DNA of 64,000 bases from Selaginella moellendorffii (taxonomy: Eukaryota > Plantae > Lycopodiophyta), in contig NW_003314279.1 of the NCBI RefSeq assembly GCF_000143415.4, forward strand, positions 916,091-980,090, written 5' to 3'. Positions within the stretch are counted from its first letter, which is position 1. Every line of letters begins with the position of its first letter. Positions 12,827 through 23,646 of the stretch are shown here, piece after piece. Position numbers and translations under genes: made by a program. Under the pieces are notes generated by a model that was not told where the DNA came from, searched no databases, and worked only from the letters and a program-made list of their open reading frames with translations.

Positions 12827-14124
12827 CTAAAACAGTCTATCCAACAAAGGGCTCGCGTCCTTGTCGTAGCGTCCAGCCGCCTCCTTGACTGCTGTCTCAA
12901 ACTCCCTCCATATTTCTCGCTCCTCTACACTCAAACGTTTTTTTAGCCGTTCTTTTCCTAGAGATTCCCTACCTCGCGGTGGAGATATTGGAGGTCCGCT
13001 GCTATCGCCTGGGCGGGCACAATCGCCTTGAACGCGCCGGCATCTCGAAGATCCATGTCCAAAGGAGAGCAGAACCCGAAATCCAGGATCCATATGCTCC
13101 TCCCGGAGAGATGCAGCTGGACGTCGCGGAATCTCCAGCCCTCTCCAAACACGACGCGAGCAAACAGCTCCCCGACGCTCCGAGCGACGCTGCTGGCTTC
13201 CAGGTGTGGAAAACTCCTGCACATCACAACGCACACACAATTAGGCGATAGCAGCGGACCTCCAATATCTCCAGAACTATCTCCCGCGAGGCAGGGAATC
13301 TCTAGGAAAAGAACGGCTAAAAAAGCGTCGTGTTTGGAGAGGGCTGGAGATTCCGCGACGTCCAGCTGCATCTCTCCGGGAGGAGCATATGGATCCTGGA
13401 TTTCGGGTTCTGCTCTCCTTTGGACATGGATCTTCGAGATGCCGGCGCGTTCAAGGCGATTGTGCCCGCCCAGGCGATAGCAGCGGACCTCCAATATCTC
13501 CACGGCGGAGTTTGTCGCGCTCATGCTCCGTGAACGTGTAGAGCCAAGCCCGGTCCCCAAGATCGTCACTGTCGGATCTTGTAGGTCCTCTGGAAGAGGG
13601 ACTCCGCCGCCTCCTCCTCGATGGGTGGCAACCTCTGCATGACAATGACGGGAGCGTTAATGCGCTTGAGATGCTTGAGCACGAGAGGCCTTATCTCTTC
13701 GTCCACGCGCTGGAGCAGTGCCTGTCCGTTTGGGGCGAAGGCGATCACCTCCGGCACGCGAAGCGACGAACCGATCTCCTTGCAAGCCCTGGCAACAGCC
13801 CTCTGCGCCTCCACCTCTCTTGATCGCGTCGTACGGGATGTCTTTCCGCTTGGCAACTTTGATGGCGATCTCTCCCTCGCATATCACCAGCCCCTGCATT
13901 CCTCCATCCCAACTCGTTGCCGGTTCCTGCTTGACCGCGCTCGTGCCCGCTCCGACTTGCCGGCGCTCCACTAGGTTTCCTCCGCCGTGCTTGCCGCGAT
14001 CCTTGCCGCCGCCAGTCGCCGCCACCTTGCCGCGCTCGTCCGTGCCAGGATCGCGATCGGCCGCTCCACCTTGGCGTGCCGCTCTGCCACCGTGATCCCG
14101 ACGCTTGGGCTGCCCTGGCGCCAT
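12827..14124 (-). pseudogene. Protein-kinase-like gene (resembles fungal DUF3669-annotated kinase-like proteins), frameshifted and rearranged
   Basis: Spread over several frames: GGMQGLV...IAIKVAK, AIKR/EVEAQ...LRVPEVIAF...IVMQRLPPI, GWRFRDVQLHLSGRSIWILDFGFC, NYLPRG, EIWREFETAV. Frameshifts near 13815 and 13570, plus an inverted duplication. Confidence 0.6.
12979..13503. repeat. Perfect 179-bp inverted repeat (12979-13157 / 13325-13503) with nested shorter inversions
   Basis: Arm coordinates sum to 26482 at both ends (no net indel) and both arms translate identically. In addition, 13243-13273 is the reverse complement of 12980-13010 and 13285-13328 of 12934-12977. Confidence 0.95.
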
Positions 14125-14207
14125 AGAGCTCTTCACCTCGCCCTAAACAAACACACTGGATGGCCTCACACTGGATGGGACCTTTATACCGTGGTTCGCG
14201 GGATCAA

Positions 14208-14322
14208 CATCTCTGCCGTCGAAACGGACGGCTGCGATTACCTTCCATAGAGAATCTGTAGTGTTACCTTTACGCTACTTTATACTAATCATCATCTCTG
14301 CCGTCGAAACGGACGGCTGCGA
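14208..14322. repeat. 30-bp direct repeat with internal hairpin in a divergent intergenic region
   Basis: catctctgccgtcgaaacggacggctgcga at 14208-14237 and 14293-14322. Confidence 0.85.
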
Positions 14323-14424
14323 CCAATACATGTTACCTACTTGATTAAAAGGTTATTAACGCACGTAGCGATCTTGCCTTTTAAAATTCAATCACAGTGA
14401 AACGTTTTAGGGTATCAAGTAGCG

Positions 14425-15486
14425 ATGAAGAAGGCGCAGAAGGGCAAGAAGGCACCGCCACCTTGTCCAGCAGCAGCGGCACCATCGCCCAGCCCGCTGG
14501 ACATGTTCAAGGACTGGAAGAGCGATCGCGTCCACAAGGTAGTCATGGAGAACTCTAGGATCAGGGTGGGAGCAGTGGCGACTCAAGGTCCCAGGCCCAA
14601 AATGGAGGACGCCTACGCCTGCGTCCCCGACCTGGACGCCTCCTCCTCCTTCGTCGCCCTCTACGACGGCCACGGCGGCTGCGCGGCAGCGCGCTACTGC
14701 GCCGAGCACCTCCACCGGCGCCTCGTCTCCGACCCACACTACAAGAAGCGCGAGTTTGGCCGCGGCCTCCGGGAGGTGTTCGCGAAGATGGACAGGGTCA
14801 TGCAGAGCCCGGCCGGCGCGGAGGAGCTCCGCAAGCTCGCGGAGGAGAACAAGGAGGTGGAGGGCGCTGGCAATTGCGGCACTACCGCGGCTGCCGTTTT
14901 GATCCTGGACGACAGGCTCTTCGTGGCGCATGTCGGGGACAGCCACTGCACGCTGTGGCGGGGAAACGAGGCCGTGGCGGTGACGAGGGATCACAAGCCC
15001 GAGACGATGCCCGGGGACTGCGAGAGGGCGGTCAGGGCCGGGGCGACGGTGGTGAAGAACAAGTGGCTCGAGATTGGCAGCGTGAACTCTCGTGGCGAGA
15101 AGGGCCAGTTTGGGCTGCAAATGACGCGGGCCTTGGGTGATTTCATGTGGAAGAGCAACGCGGAGCTGGAGCCCGAGGAGCAGGCCGTGGTGGCTGTTCC
15201 CGAGGTTGTGGAGATTGATCTCCGCGATGGTGGATGCGAGTTCCTGGTGCTGGCGTCGGACGGGGTGCCGCGGGAGTGCGTGGAGAGCATCTGTCCCAGC
15301 GTGCATGACTGGCTGCTCGAGGAGGAGGAGCACCGGGGGAGGCATGGAGGTGGTGGAGCGTACCAGTACCAGCAGGGGAGCATGGAGCTCGCCTTTTTTT
15401 GCGACAGGATGCAGAGCATGAGCTTGGAGGTTGACAACAAGACTGTGGTTCTCGTCCACCTCAAGCGCTTCAAGCCCCTGGCTTGA
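14425..15486 (+). CDS. Protein phosphatase 2C (intronless)
   Basis: Motifs RPKMEDA, YDGHGG, AHVGDS, TRDHKP, TRALGD, LASDG and DNKTVVLV. Confidence 0.92.
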   Translation: MKKAQKGKKAPPPCPAAAAPSPSPLDMFKDWKSDRVHKVVMENSRIRVGAVATQGPRPKMEDAYACVPDLDASSSFVALYDGHGGCAAARYCAEHLHRRLVSDPHYKKREFGRGLREVFAKMDRVMQSPAGAEELRKLAEENKEVEGAGNCGTTAAAVLILDDRLFVAHVGDSHCTLWRGNEAVAVTRDHKPETMPGDCERAVRAGATVVKNKWLEIGSVNSRGEKGQFGLQMTRALGDFMWKSNAELEPEEQAVVAVPEVVEIDLRDGGCEFLVLASDGVPRECVESICPSVHDWLLEEEEHRGRHGGGGAYQYQQGSMELAFFCDRMQSMSLEVDNKTVVLVHLKRFKPLA

Positions 15487-15732
15487 GGATTCTAGAGCTG
15501 TTATTAGGTGTTGCAATCTATAACAAATTTTAACATATATCCTGGAATCTATGTTTGGTGAAACTTGAAAGTCTAGAACCTTAGACATCTAGACTTCCAG
15601 AATCGCAAGGTTCTAGATTTTCAACTTTCACTATGTAGGATAAAATGAGGCAATATATGTTTTAACTTGCATGGATCTTTAGCTGGTAAGAATCATGTTT
15701 TAGGATAGTCTAAAGCTTTTGGAACCGAGGCC

Positions 15733-16307
15733 ATGGCGGCGTGCATCCAAGCGTTGGCAATTAGAGCAACGCTTCCATCTACGTTTCTGGGTACGTCGCA
15801 GGTGTCATGGAGGCGGCAACAGCGCCTGGTTCTCGCCAATCCATCCAGCTCCCGGGTCTCGGCGTGGTTTAAATTCGGGAACCGGGGATTGGATTCGCAA
15901 GGAGCTGGAATCTATGGCAGCCAGAAGAGGGACGATTTCAACAAGGACGACGTCGAACAGGTCAGAGATTTTCCTGGAATGTTTGTTCTCATGGTTCTTT
16001 CTCTCTCTCTCTTTTTTTTCTTGGTTTTGATCCTCTCTTTGAGCAGTACTTCAACTACATGGGAATGCTGGCGACCGAGGGATCCTACGATAAGATGGAC
16101 GCGCTGCTCAACGAGGGTCTCCATCCGGTGGACATTCTATTGCTCATGGCTTCTTCCGAGGGAGATAAGCCCAAAATCGAGGAGCTTCTTCGCGCTGGAG
16201 CTAGCTACACGGTGAAAGACGGCGAGGGAAGAACAGCATTGGACAGGGCTAAAGACGACGAGATCAGAGATCTCATCCAGAACTTCCAGACCGTCCCTTC
16301 CCCGTGA
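15733..16307 (+). CDS. LTD: LHCP TRANSLOCATION DEFECT / GDC1 chloroplast ankyrin protein (exons 15733-15960, 16047-16307)
   Basis: WFKFGNRGLDSQGAGIYGSQKRDDFNKDDVEQ|YFNYMGMLATEGSYDKM...HPVDILLLMASSEGDKPKIEELLRAGA, with one GT-AG intron. Confidence 0.93.
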
Positions 16308-16360
16308 AAATCTGTCCATCGTATAGGATCAATCCAAGTTTCCCTCCAAGGTTTTGTTGG

Positions 16361-17851
16361 ATGCGATGGGTCACACAATGGCGATCTTCTTCGTCGTCGA
16401 GTTATGGGCGACGCTCGATCCATTCCTCCTCGCTGCTTGGTGGGCGGTTTTCTTTCCCTCTGGGCAGCGATCAGCAGCGCCTCCAGGCCCAATTCGCCTC
16501 ACAGCTCCAGGCATGCCGAGATCTGGCCACCGCGCGGCGGCTCCACGCCCGGATCCTCGCCACCGCTCTTCGATCCGACACCTTCACCGCGAATCTCCTC
16601 GTCCAGATGTACGGACGATGTGGCTGCCCGGAGACCGCACGCCAGACGTTCGATGGCATTCTCGCAAGGAACTCCTTCTCCTGGAACATACTCATGGCGG
16701 CAAATGCCCACAATGGGCATCTTGAGAACGCGAAGAGCGTCTTTGACAAGATGCCGGAGCGCGACGTGGTGACATGGACGGCTATGATGGCGTCATTTGC
16801 CGAGAGGGAAGATCTCTTTCGTCCAAAACAGTTGTTTGATTCCATGCCGGAAAGGAATGTGGTGTCCTGGAACGTCCTCGTTGGAGCATATGCGCAGCAA
16901 GAACAACTTGAGTCTAGCAAAGGAGCTTTCTTTCGAATGCCCTGCCACAGCATCGTTTCCTGGAACTCTAAGCTTACAGCTTACGCGCAAGGGCAGCAAA
17001 TCGATCGCGCAAGCGAGTTCTTTGAATCGATGCCACAGCGCGACGCGATTTCCTGGAACATCGCAATCTCAACACTTTCCCAAACAGGAGATTTGGTAAA
17101 AGCAAAGAAGCTGCTTGATTTGATGCCGGCGGTGGGGATCGTGTGCTGGACGGCAATGGTGGTGGCAAACGGGCAGCTCTGTCAACTAGAAGAAGCGAAG
17201 AAAATCTTTGATTCTATGCCGGATCGTGATGATCTTGCTGGGACGGCTATGGTGACCGCATTTGCGCAGAATGGAGAAGTGGACTCTGCCAAGGCTGTGT
17301 TTGATGCGATGCCAGAGCACAGCGTCTACGCCTGGAATGCTCTCCTCGCGGCCTACGCTCTAAATTCCCGCCCGGGTCGCGCTATGGAGATCTTCGCAAC
17401 CATGCCCGAGAAGGACGTGGTCTCTTGGAACGTCGTCCTCGCCATGCTCTCCCAGCGCGATCAAGACGGGCGCGGCAGCGCGATCCAGCTCTTTCAATCG
17501 ATGTTGCTCGAGGGATTCCTCCCAAACGACGTCTCGCATCTCTGCGTGCTCATCGCTTGCAGCCGGGTTGGATCAATCCACGCCGGGCGCGACTGCTTCG
17601 CGGCGATGAGCTCGGATCACGGATCCACGCCTGAGCGCGTCCACTACTCGTGCATGGTCGATCTCCTGGCCCGCACGGGACAGGTCCTCCTCGCCCAAGA
17701 TCTCATCGAGACGATGCCTTTCTTTCCCGACGACGTGGAGTGGCTGACGCTCACGGTGAGCGGAGCTCCCGCTGGACCGAGGCTCATGGATCTCCGGCCT
17801 GGCCGATCCGGTCCCTACGTAGTGCTCTCGAATTCCATGCTAGCGCCGTAA
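16361..17851 (+). CDS. PLS-class pentatricopeptide repeat protein (S-motif run, shortened E domain, no DYW)
   Basis: Eight tandem ~31-aa MPERDVVSW-type motifs, then HYSCMVDLLAR and PYVVLSN. First ATG is 16361 (the ORF track starts at a GTG). Confidence 0.9.
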   Translation: MRWVTQWRSSSSSSYGRRSIHSSSLLGGRFSFPLGSDQQRLQAQFASQLQACRDLATARRLHARILATALRSDTFTANLLVQMYGRCGCPETARQTFDGILARNSFSWNILMAANAHNGHLENAKSVFDKMPERDVVTWTAMMASFAEREDLFRPKQLFDSMPERNVVSWNVLVGAYAQQEQLESSKGAFFRMPCHSIVSWNSKLTAYAQGQQIDRASEFFESMPQRDAISWNIAISTLSQTGDLVKAKKLLDLMPAVGIVCWTAMVVANGQLCQLEEAKKIFDSMPDRDDLAGTAMVTAFAQNGEVDSAKAVFDAMPEHSVYAWNALLAAYALNSRPGRAMEIFATMPEKDVVSWNVVLAMLSQRDQDGRGSAIQLFQSMLLEGFLPNDVSHLCVLIACSRVGSIHAGRDCFAAMSSDHGSTPERVHYSCMVDLLARTGQVLLAQDLIETMPFFPDDVEWLTLTVSGAPAGPRLMDLRPGRSGPYVVLSNSMLAP

Positions 17852-18596
17852 AGGATCTGTTGAGATCGATCCATCTGGGAAGTTTCGTGAGACGGAAGAA
17901 GTTCGTGAACACTGTGAACATCACAACGCGTTTTCTTGTTTCGGGTGCCATTCAAAGACTTGGGCAGGTCAATCTTAGCAACCCAGACGGGTTTCTCCTT
18001 GAATCACAGAGGGTTTCTCCAAGGTCATGGGAAGCATATGGTCACAAAGTGTGGGGAGAAGTTTTTTGTATTGTTCTTGGACAACGCACGCCAAATCTTT
18101 TTTTGTATTCTTCAACGCTCTTGTTCCCAAACCTTCAGTTTTTCTTCCATCACGCAGCTGCCAAATGCGACGAAGTGAACGAGGAGCAAACCCTAGCTGG
18201 TGTTTGAAATTTTAAAAACTTTGGCGCGAGACCCCCTGCCAATGCCGCCCTGCCACTTGGCGCAACACCCGTGGTGACTGTCTACCAACGCACATGTGGA
18301 TAGACGCGAAGCTTTGCAGCAACAACAGTCTGGTGCCGTACGCACCAGCGTGGCGGTGGCTGTCACTCGTCTTCCCGTCCGTCGGGCTGTGGGCCACAAA
18401 TAGTTTGGGCCACAGTGTGAAGCCGTCGTACACGCTTTAGCTAACTGGCATATATAATAAAACAGCTTGGCTTCATATTTTTGCTCGCTCTCTTGCATAG
18501 ATAGGAAGAGAGGGGAGGATCGTTGCCCTAGAGGCGCTGGGCGATCGTCCGGGCGGGCGATCATCCGTTGCTATAGCTAGGACGAGCGCGCGAGCG

Positions 18597-19220
18597 ATGG
18601 GATTTGGGAATAGCTACAAGGTTCTTTCTCCTCTCTCCTGGGAGACGACAGCCGCGAAGCAGGGGGGATCGCCGGGTAACGGCAGCAGCGGCAGCAGCGC
18701 CGCGCGATCCCAGAGAGTGGTGGATTTCGTGAAGAAATGGCTGCTCTGCGGCTGGAATCTCAACGCATCGGAGTATTCGCAGGTCGTGTCCCCAGGTAAT
18801 CCTCTCAAGAGCAGCGGTGGCAGCGGTGGCGCTCCGGGGCGGGGGGCGGAGTGCTACGTGAGGCCGCCGCGTTGGAAGCAGTTCTTGCGGCGAGTGAGGG
18901 CGAGATCGAGGAAGGTCCGCGAGGGCTTGTGCTTCCACCCCCAGCAGCAGCCGCTCAACTATTGCAGCACCGATAGCTACGAGAGGAACTTCGATCGGGG
19001 GCGGGAGTTTTGGAGCGACGAGTTCGGCGCTCCGGACAGGAATCCGAGCCTTGCGGCTCCGCCAAGCTACGCGGCGGCGACGCTGCATCCCACGAGTTCT
19101 TCCACCCCGATCCTGTGGGAGGAGAAGCCGCTCCAGGATAGACTCCTGGCGGCTCCTCCCATTTGGCAGAGGAGGATGGTAGGCGATCACCTCACACCGA
19201 TCGCCGTCGGCGCTGCTTAA
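18597..19220 (+). CDS. Small conserved plant protein of unknown function (PRWKxFxRR / SYxxNFD family)
   Basis: PRWKQFLRRVR and NYCSTDSYERNFDRG motifs in an intronless ATG-started ORF. Confidence 0.7.
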   Translation: MGFGNSYKVLSPLSWETTAAKQGGSPGNGSSGSSAARSQRVVDFVKKWLLCGWNLNASEYSQVVSPGNPLKSSGGSGGAPGRGAECYVRPPRWKQFLRRVRARSRKVREGLCFHPQQQPLNYCSTDSYERNFDRGREFWSDEFGAPDRNPSLAAPPSYAAATLHPTSSSTPILWEEKPLQDRLLAAPPIWQRRMVGDHLTPIAVGAA

Positions 19221-20289
19221 AGGTTCTTTGTGATCTCTATCGTCTCTAGCTCCATCTCATTGATTCATGCGATCGATTCGTCAAGAGGATTCCACAAACT
19301 GCTGCTGATCGAGCTCAAGCCACCGAAAAAAACGATTTTTATCTCTTCCACTTAGTAGAGGAAAACGATCCACGGTCGATGGCAGCCTTGCAAAACTCCT
19401 TTTTTTGTGGCGGTGGTGGTGGTACCGATTATCATGTCCTCAATCAATGTCCTCTATATTATCAAAGTGGGCCTCTGCGAAATTGGAATAACCACACAAG
19501 AGAACAGATGTACATGTACCATGAAAAAAAGAGAGGGAGGAGCACAAATAAATATATACAAAATAATGTTCATCGAATCAAATCGTTCGTTGGTGTCTGT
19601 CTCGTCTCGCCAATCTCATCTCTCTCACACACTCAAACACACACACACAAAAAAGAGAGGAGCACGGTTGGATTGGATGATCCGTTCTTTCTTTCCAGCG
19701 CGGAGGATCACGTCGTCTTTCGCGGGGTCACATCCTTCCATTTGAATCGACTAAAATTCCCAAGATCCAGAGGACTTTGCGATGCAGCTAGTATGTAGCT
19801 CGCCCTTGATTTGTCTGCGCCTGGAAGTTGGAAGCATCTTCTTTTCGCCACAGCAAATGGTCAAAAAGTTTGCCCTGGACCAAAGCTGACCGTTGACATA
19901 GATCGGTACGGTCTCTGTGCCGCTGACCACGTACGGACGAGCCCAGGTTTACTTTACCCTTTCCAGCCCTAAATCGCCTGTCAGCAGGAAAAGGAATGGG
20001 CCGTCAGATGGTTTTAGGGTAGTGATTTCGTTCGTCGATCGTCTGAGATGATCAGCGCGCTCGTCAGCCTGTTGCTCGAGGGCATGATCTGGTGCTCCGC
20101 GTATGGCCTCGTCGGGGCGCTGGCCCTCTGCCCGCATGTACACTGGACATTGATTCTTCTCTTTGGATGATCGATTGCGAGGAATCCACCGGTGGATCGA
20201 ATGATCGCGGTGATGTAGCGCTCAAATAAAAAATCGCCCATTCTTTCTGATTGATTGGCTCGTTTATCTAGCGAAAAAATCTTCTCGTG

Positions 20290-22200
20290 TTAGAGCCCTA
20301 AGTGCTCGCAGCGCGCTTCCATCGCTGCTCTGGCGGCAGGGCAGCGATCGCAGGTGAGGCGATTTCCCTGGTTGGCTGCGAATGCCTCGCGTCCGGCGCC
20401 AGTGAAGCCGGATTTCTTTGACGACGATGACGAGGAGGAGGAGGAGGAGGATCAGGGGCAGCGGCGCAAGGCGGGCGAGCTGGATTGGGCGACTAGAGCT
20501 CGGGAGCTTGTGATTCAGGATATGAGCTTCCGGAAGTTCACCGACGAGGATTTCCAGGGCCTACTGCCCCCGCATTTGCGAATCTCTAAGAAGAAGGCCA
20601 AGAAGAAGAAGAAGAAGACCAGGGCCAAGCAGGAAGGTGCCGAGGCTGCATTGCAGCTGGCGCAGCGCGATTAACACCAAAAAGAAGAAAGACAAGGACG
20701 ATGATGCGAGCAGCCTCCAGGCTGTGAATGACACCACACCGGTCGATCCAAAGAAGCTCAAAGCGCTGGCCAAGAGGCTTAACGCTCACAGGGAGCGCTA
20801 CATGAACATCGAGCAAAGCTACAGCGACAGCGAAGGTGACGAGGGCGAGGAGGAGCTCACGACCGAGTTGACAGTGGTTTATGAGGAGCGTCGAGAGGAA
20901 GGAGGTGGTGAAGAGTCGGATGATGGCGAGGAGCTTCCAGCGGCCTTGAAAGATCCAAGGCTGCTGGAAATTCGTCTCAACCAGGACTTGGTCGACTCGA
21001 GGGACGTGGAAGAAGTTTTGGAGACGATCGAGAGGGTCAAAGGAAGGTTTGGATTGAGCGCCATCAACGTCGCCACTGCTCTTCACAGGATCGCCAAGCA
21101 TATGGTGACGCTGTCCATGTCCGAGAGAAGAAGGCTCAAGTACGCCAAGCAGTGTGACGTGTTGCTCGTTGCTTCGGCTATGGAGCTTCTTCCGGAATGC
21201 AACGCACAGGGCGTCTCCAACATTGCCTATCTCCAAGATTGGAGGCCACCTTCTTTACCGCGGAGAGATGGAGATAATCGCTCGAGCAGCACTGGCGAAG
21301 GTTGACGAGTTCAATCCCCAGAACATTGCCGGAGCCTTTGCTTCCCATGCAGCACAGCTCGCCCGCACTCTTTGAGAAGCTCATGGACGCTGCGAGCAGA
21401 GTTTCCAAGGAGTTTCGAGCACAGGAACTGGCCCAGCTTCTTTGGTCGTTCGGGTCCATGGCTCGGCCTCTGGATTCTTTCCTGGACTCATCGGCTTTTC
21501 AGCAAGAACAAGGTTCTCCAGAGCTCGGTGAAGAACAGTTCCAAGAGAATCTTTCTCCGGGAAGCTATCGATCGAGCAGCTCTCGAGCATCGTGTGGTCT
21601 TATGCTGTTCTCGGCCAACTCCAGGGTCCATTCTTCGCTCACGTTTGCAAGGAGATACGCGCGTTTGAGCAGCTGGAACAGCACAAGCATATACACAGCT
21701 ATACCAGGTTGTGCTGGCCTCGAAGAGGGAAGGGAAGGATTTGCAGCTTGGCGGGATAGAGAAACGGGCTGCGGGTGCCTGGGAAAAGGAGAGAAGCTCT
21801 CGCAAGTCCACTTCCTTCTTGCAAAAGGATATTGAGAGGTTCTTGGTGTGCACTGGAAGGCAGTGGATCCTCGAGTACGTTGATGCGGATTACTCCCATG
21901 AAGGGCGGTAAAGTTGCGATCTAGGTTAACGGGCCATTCAAAAGGTTTTTTCTTTTTGTGATAGGAGAACTTCTGGGACACACTGTTTTGAAGCATAGAT
22001 TGCTGGGGGCTGCTGGATGGAAGATTATCTCTGCTTCCTATGCTGCGGTGAATTTTTTTTTTCTTTGTTGTAGTGGAGAAAAATGTGTGTTTTGATACAG
22101 TGGGAGAACTTACAAGGAGAGTCGGAGCACGTTGACTTCCTACACAAGCTTCTGGCTCCTCACATCCGTCAAATAGAGCGAGTGAGCGAGCAGTGTGACC
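20290..22200 (+). pseudogene. RAP-domain gene copy A (near full length, ATG deleted, frameshifted)
   Basis: Near-identical DNA to 39360-41471 with multiple deletions; ORF pieces 20354-20674 and 20637-21305. Confidence 0.92.
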
Positions 22201-22299
22201 ACTTTCACCTACCAGTTTCGAGCCAGAAGTAACTCGTGATTTATAAACCAGGAAATTTCCCACACCAGAAAAGCTAAGAACGCCTGGACCGGAATTCCA

Positions 22300-23120
22300 T
22301 CGGGAATTACTGGAACCAGGTTTAGTTTCCTATCATAAAAGTTCTTGACGCCGATGTGACCTTTGAGAAACTTGGTCTTGTAGTATCGGCTCGTAATGTT
22401 GTTGCTGGCGCCTGCCACTAAATCCCGTCCTACCTCTGCTTGATTGGCTAGAGACACCCGGGAGACGAACTAGGCAAGGAGAGTGAGAAAACAACTGCGG
22501 CTGCCACCACTCCCAGGTGCTTTCAATCCATCCTTGAAAGTCGTGTTTCATGATCACAATATCAGGATCATAGAATATATATGCTGGAGAATAATCTACC
22601 CTCTGGGAGCAAGATCTTGGTGCTCCTGCTCCACGTACTCATCCCTTACTTGGTCAGGAGGTCCATCTGGCGAGTGAGGTACTGCGTGGAGCTCACAGAC
22701 CTCTTGAGCATGGCGTGCATTCTCTTGTAGAGCTCGCCGTGGTGGAAGACCATTGCGTGCTCTCCCAGCACGTCCTTGAGCGATCGAGGGTGGCCAGACT
22801 CAAACAGCACCCCCTCGTTGTGCAGCACAAACTTGACGCCCTCCACGTCCGTGACCCGTGAGCAAGCTCGTCTTGAACACCGTCCCATACCTCTCCACAA
22901 AAAGATCATAATAAAGATCATATCAGAGCAACAAGATCATTGTATAGGTACTTCTTTCCCAAGACGTAAGGAGCCTTGGAGCGAGCAATCGTCACGTAAG
23001 GAATGAGCTCCCCAGTGAGAGGCCATCCCATGCTGAGCCTTTCCAGCTTCCGGAACCTCCATGGTCGCCAGTAAGCAAGTGCCACGAGCCTGAGCTCCGG
23101 CGATCCTTGCTACCTGCGCG
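22300..23120 (-). pseudogene. Cytochrome P450 (CYP85 clan, CYP90-like) 5' fragment 1
   Basis: SMGWPLTGELIPY...DVEGVKFVLHNEGVLFESGHPRSLKDVLGEHAMVFHHGELYKRMH; frameshifted, no heme motif. Confidence 0.8.
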
Positions 23121-23646
23121 GAAAGAGAGAGAGAGAGAGAGAGAGGACATTAGTTGGAAAAACTTTTGTGTCGCTATGTGCCAGACTTATTTACCCAGGT
23201 CGGTTGACCCACAAACTCGGTGGCTTTTCGATCTGTCGTGATGCTGTTGCTAGCACCTGCCGCCTCCAGAAGATTCCTTGTAATAGGGAAACAGATGACG
23301 ATTTTGGGCCGGGAAATAATGATGGCGATTCGCTCGATTAGTTTGTATCTAGCAGCATCGCGGGGAACCAAATACAGACAAGAGCATCAAGAGCCGCGGC
23401 TGCGTAGCACGGGGTCGGGAGATGCATCGTGCGGCCTCCAAGACATCGCCAGCGCTCTCGTGGCCATGTACGCGAAACTGCAACCAATTTCCGCTTCGGT
23501 CCTTACGAGGAATTGACGCACGACACGAGCACGACGATGCCGGTTGCAAGGGAAGAGCTGCTCTACAAGCTCTTTGGCCAAATGATTCAAAGGAAGAGGT
23601 GAAACGAGATGTCGAATTATAAAGAATAGATGTACAGGAAACAAAA

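Noticed and set aside
14407-15588. Long antisense ORF over PP2C (and similar ones over RAP, MAKR and phosphorylase)
   Set aside because: Shadow ORFs of GC-rich coding sequence.
19850-20200. GC-rich coding-like stretch upstream of RAP copy A
   Set aside because: No recognisable motif in any frame.
23380-23520. IASALVAMYAK, a possible PPR fragment
   Set aside because: A single short motif; not enough to call.
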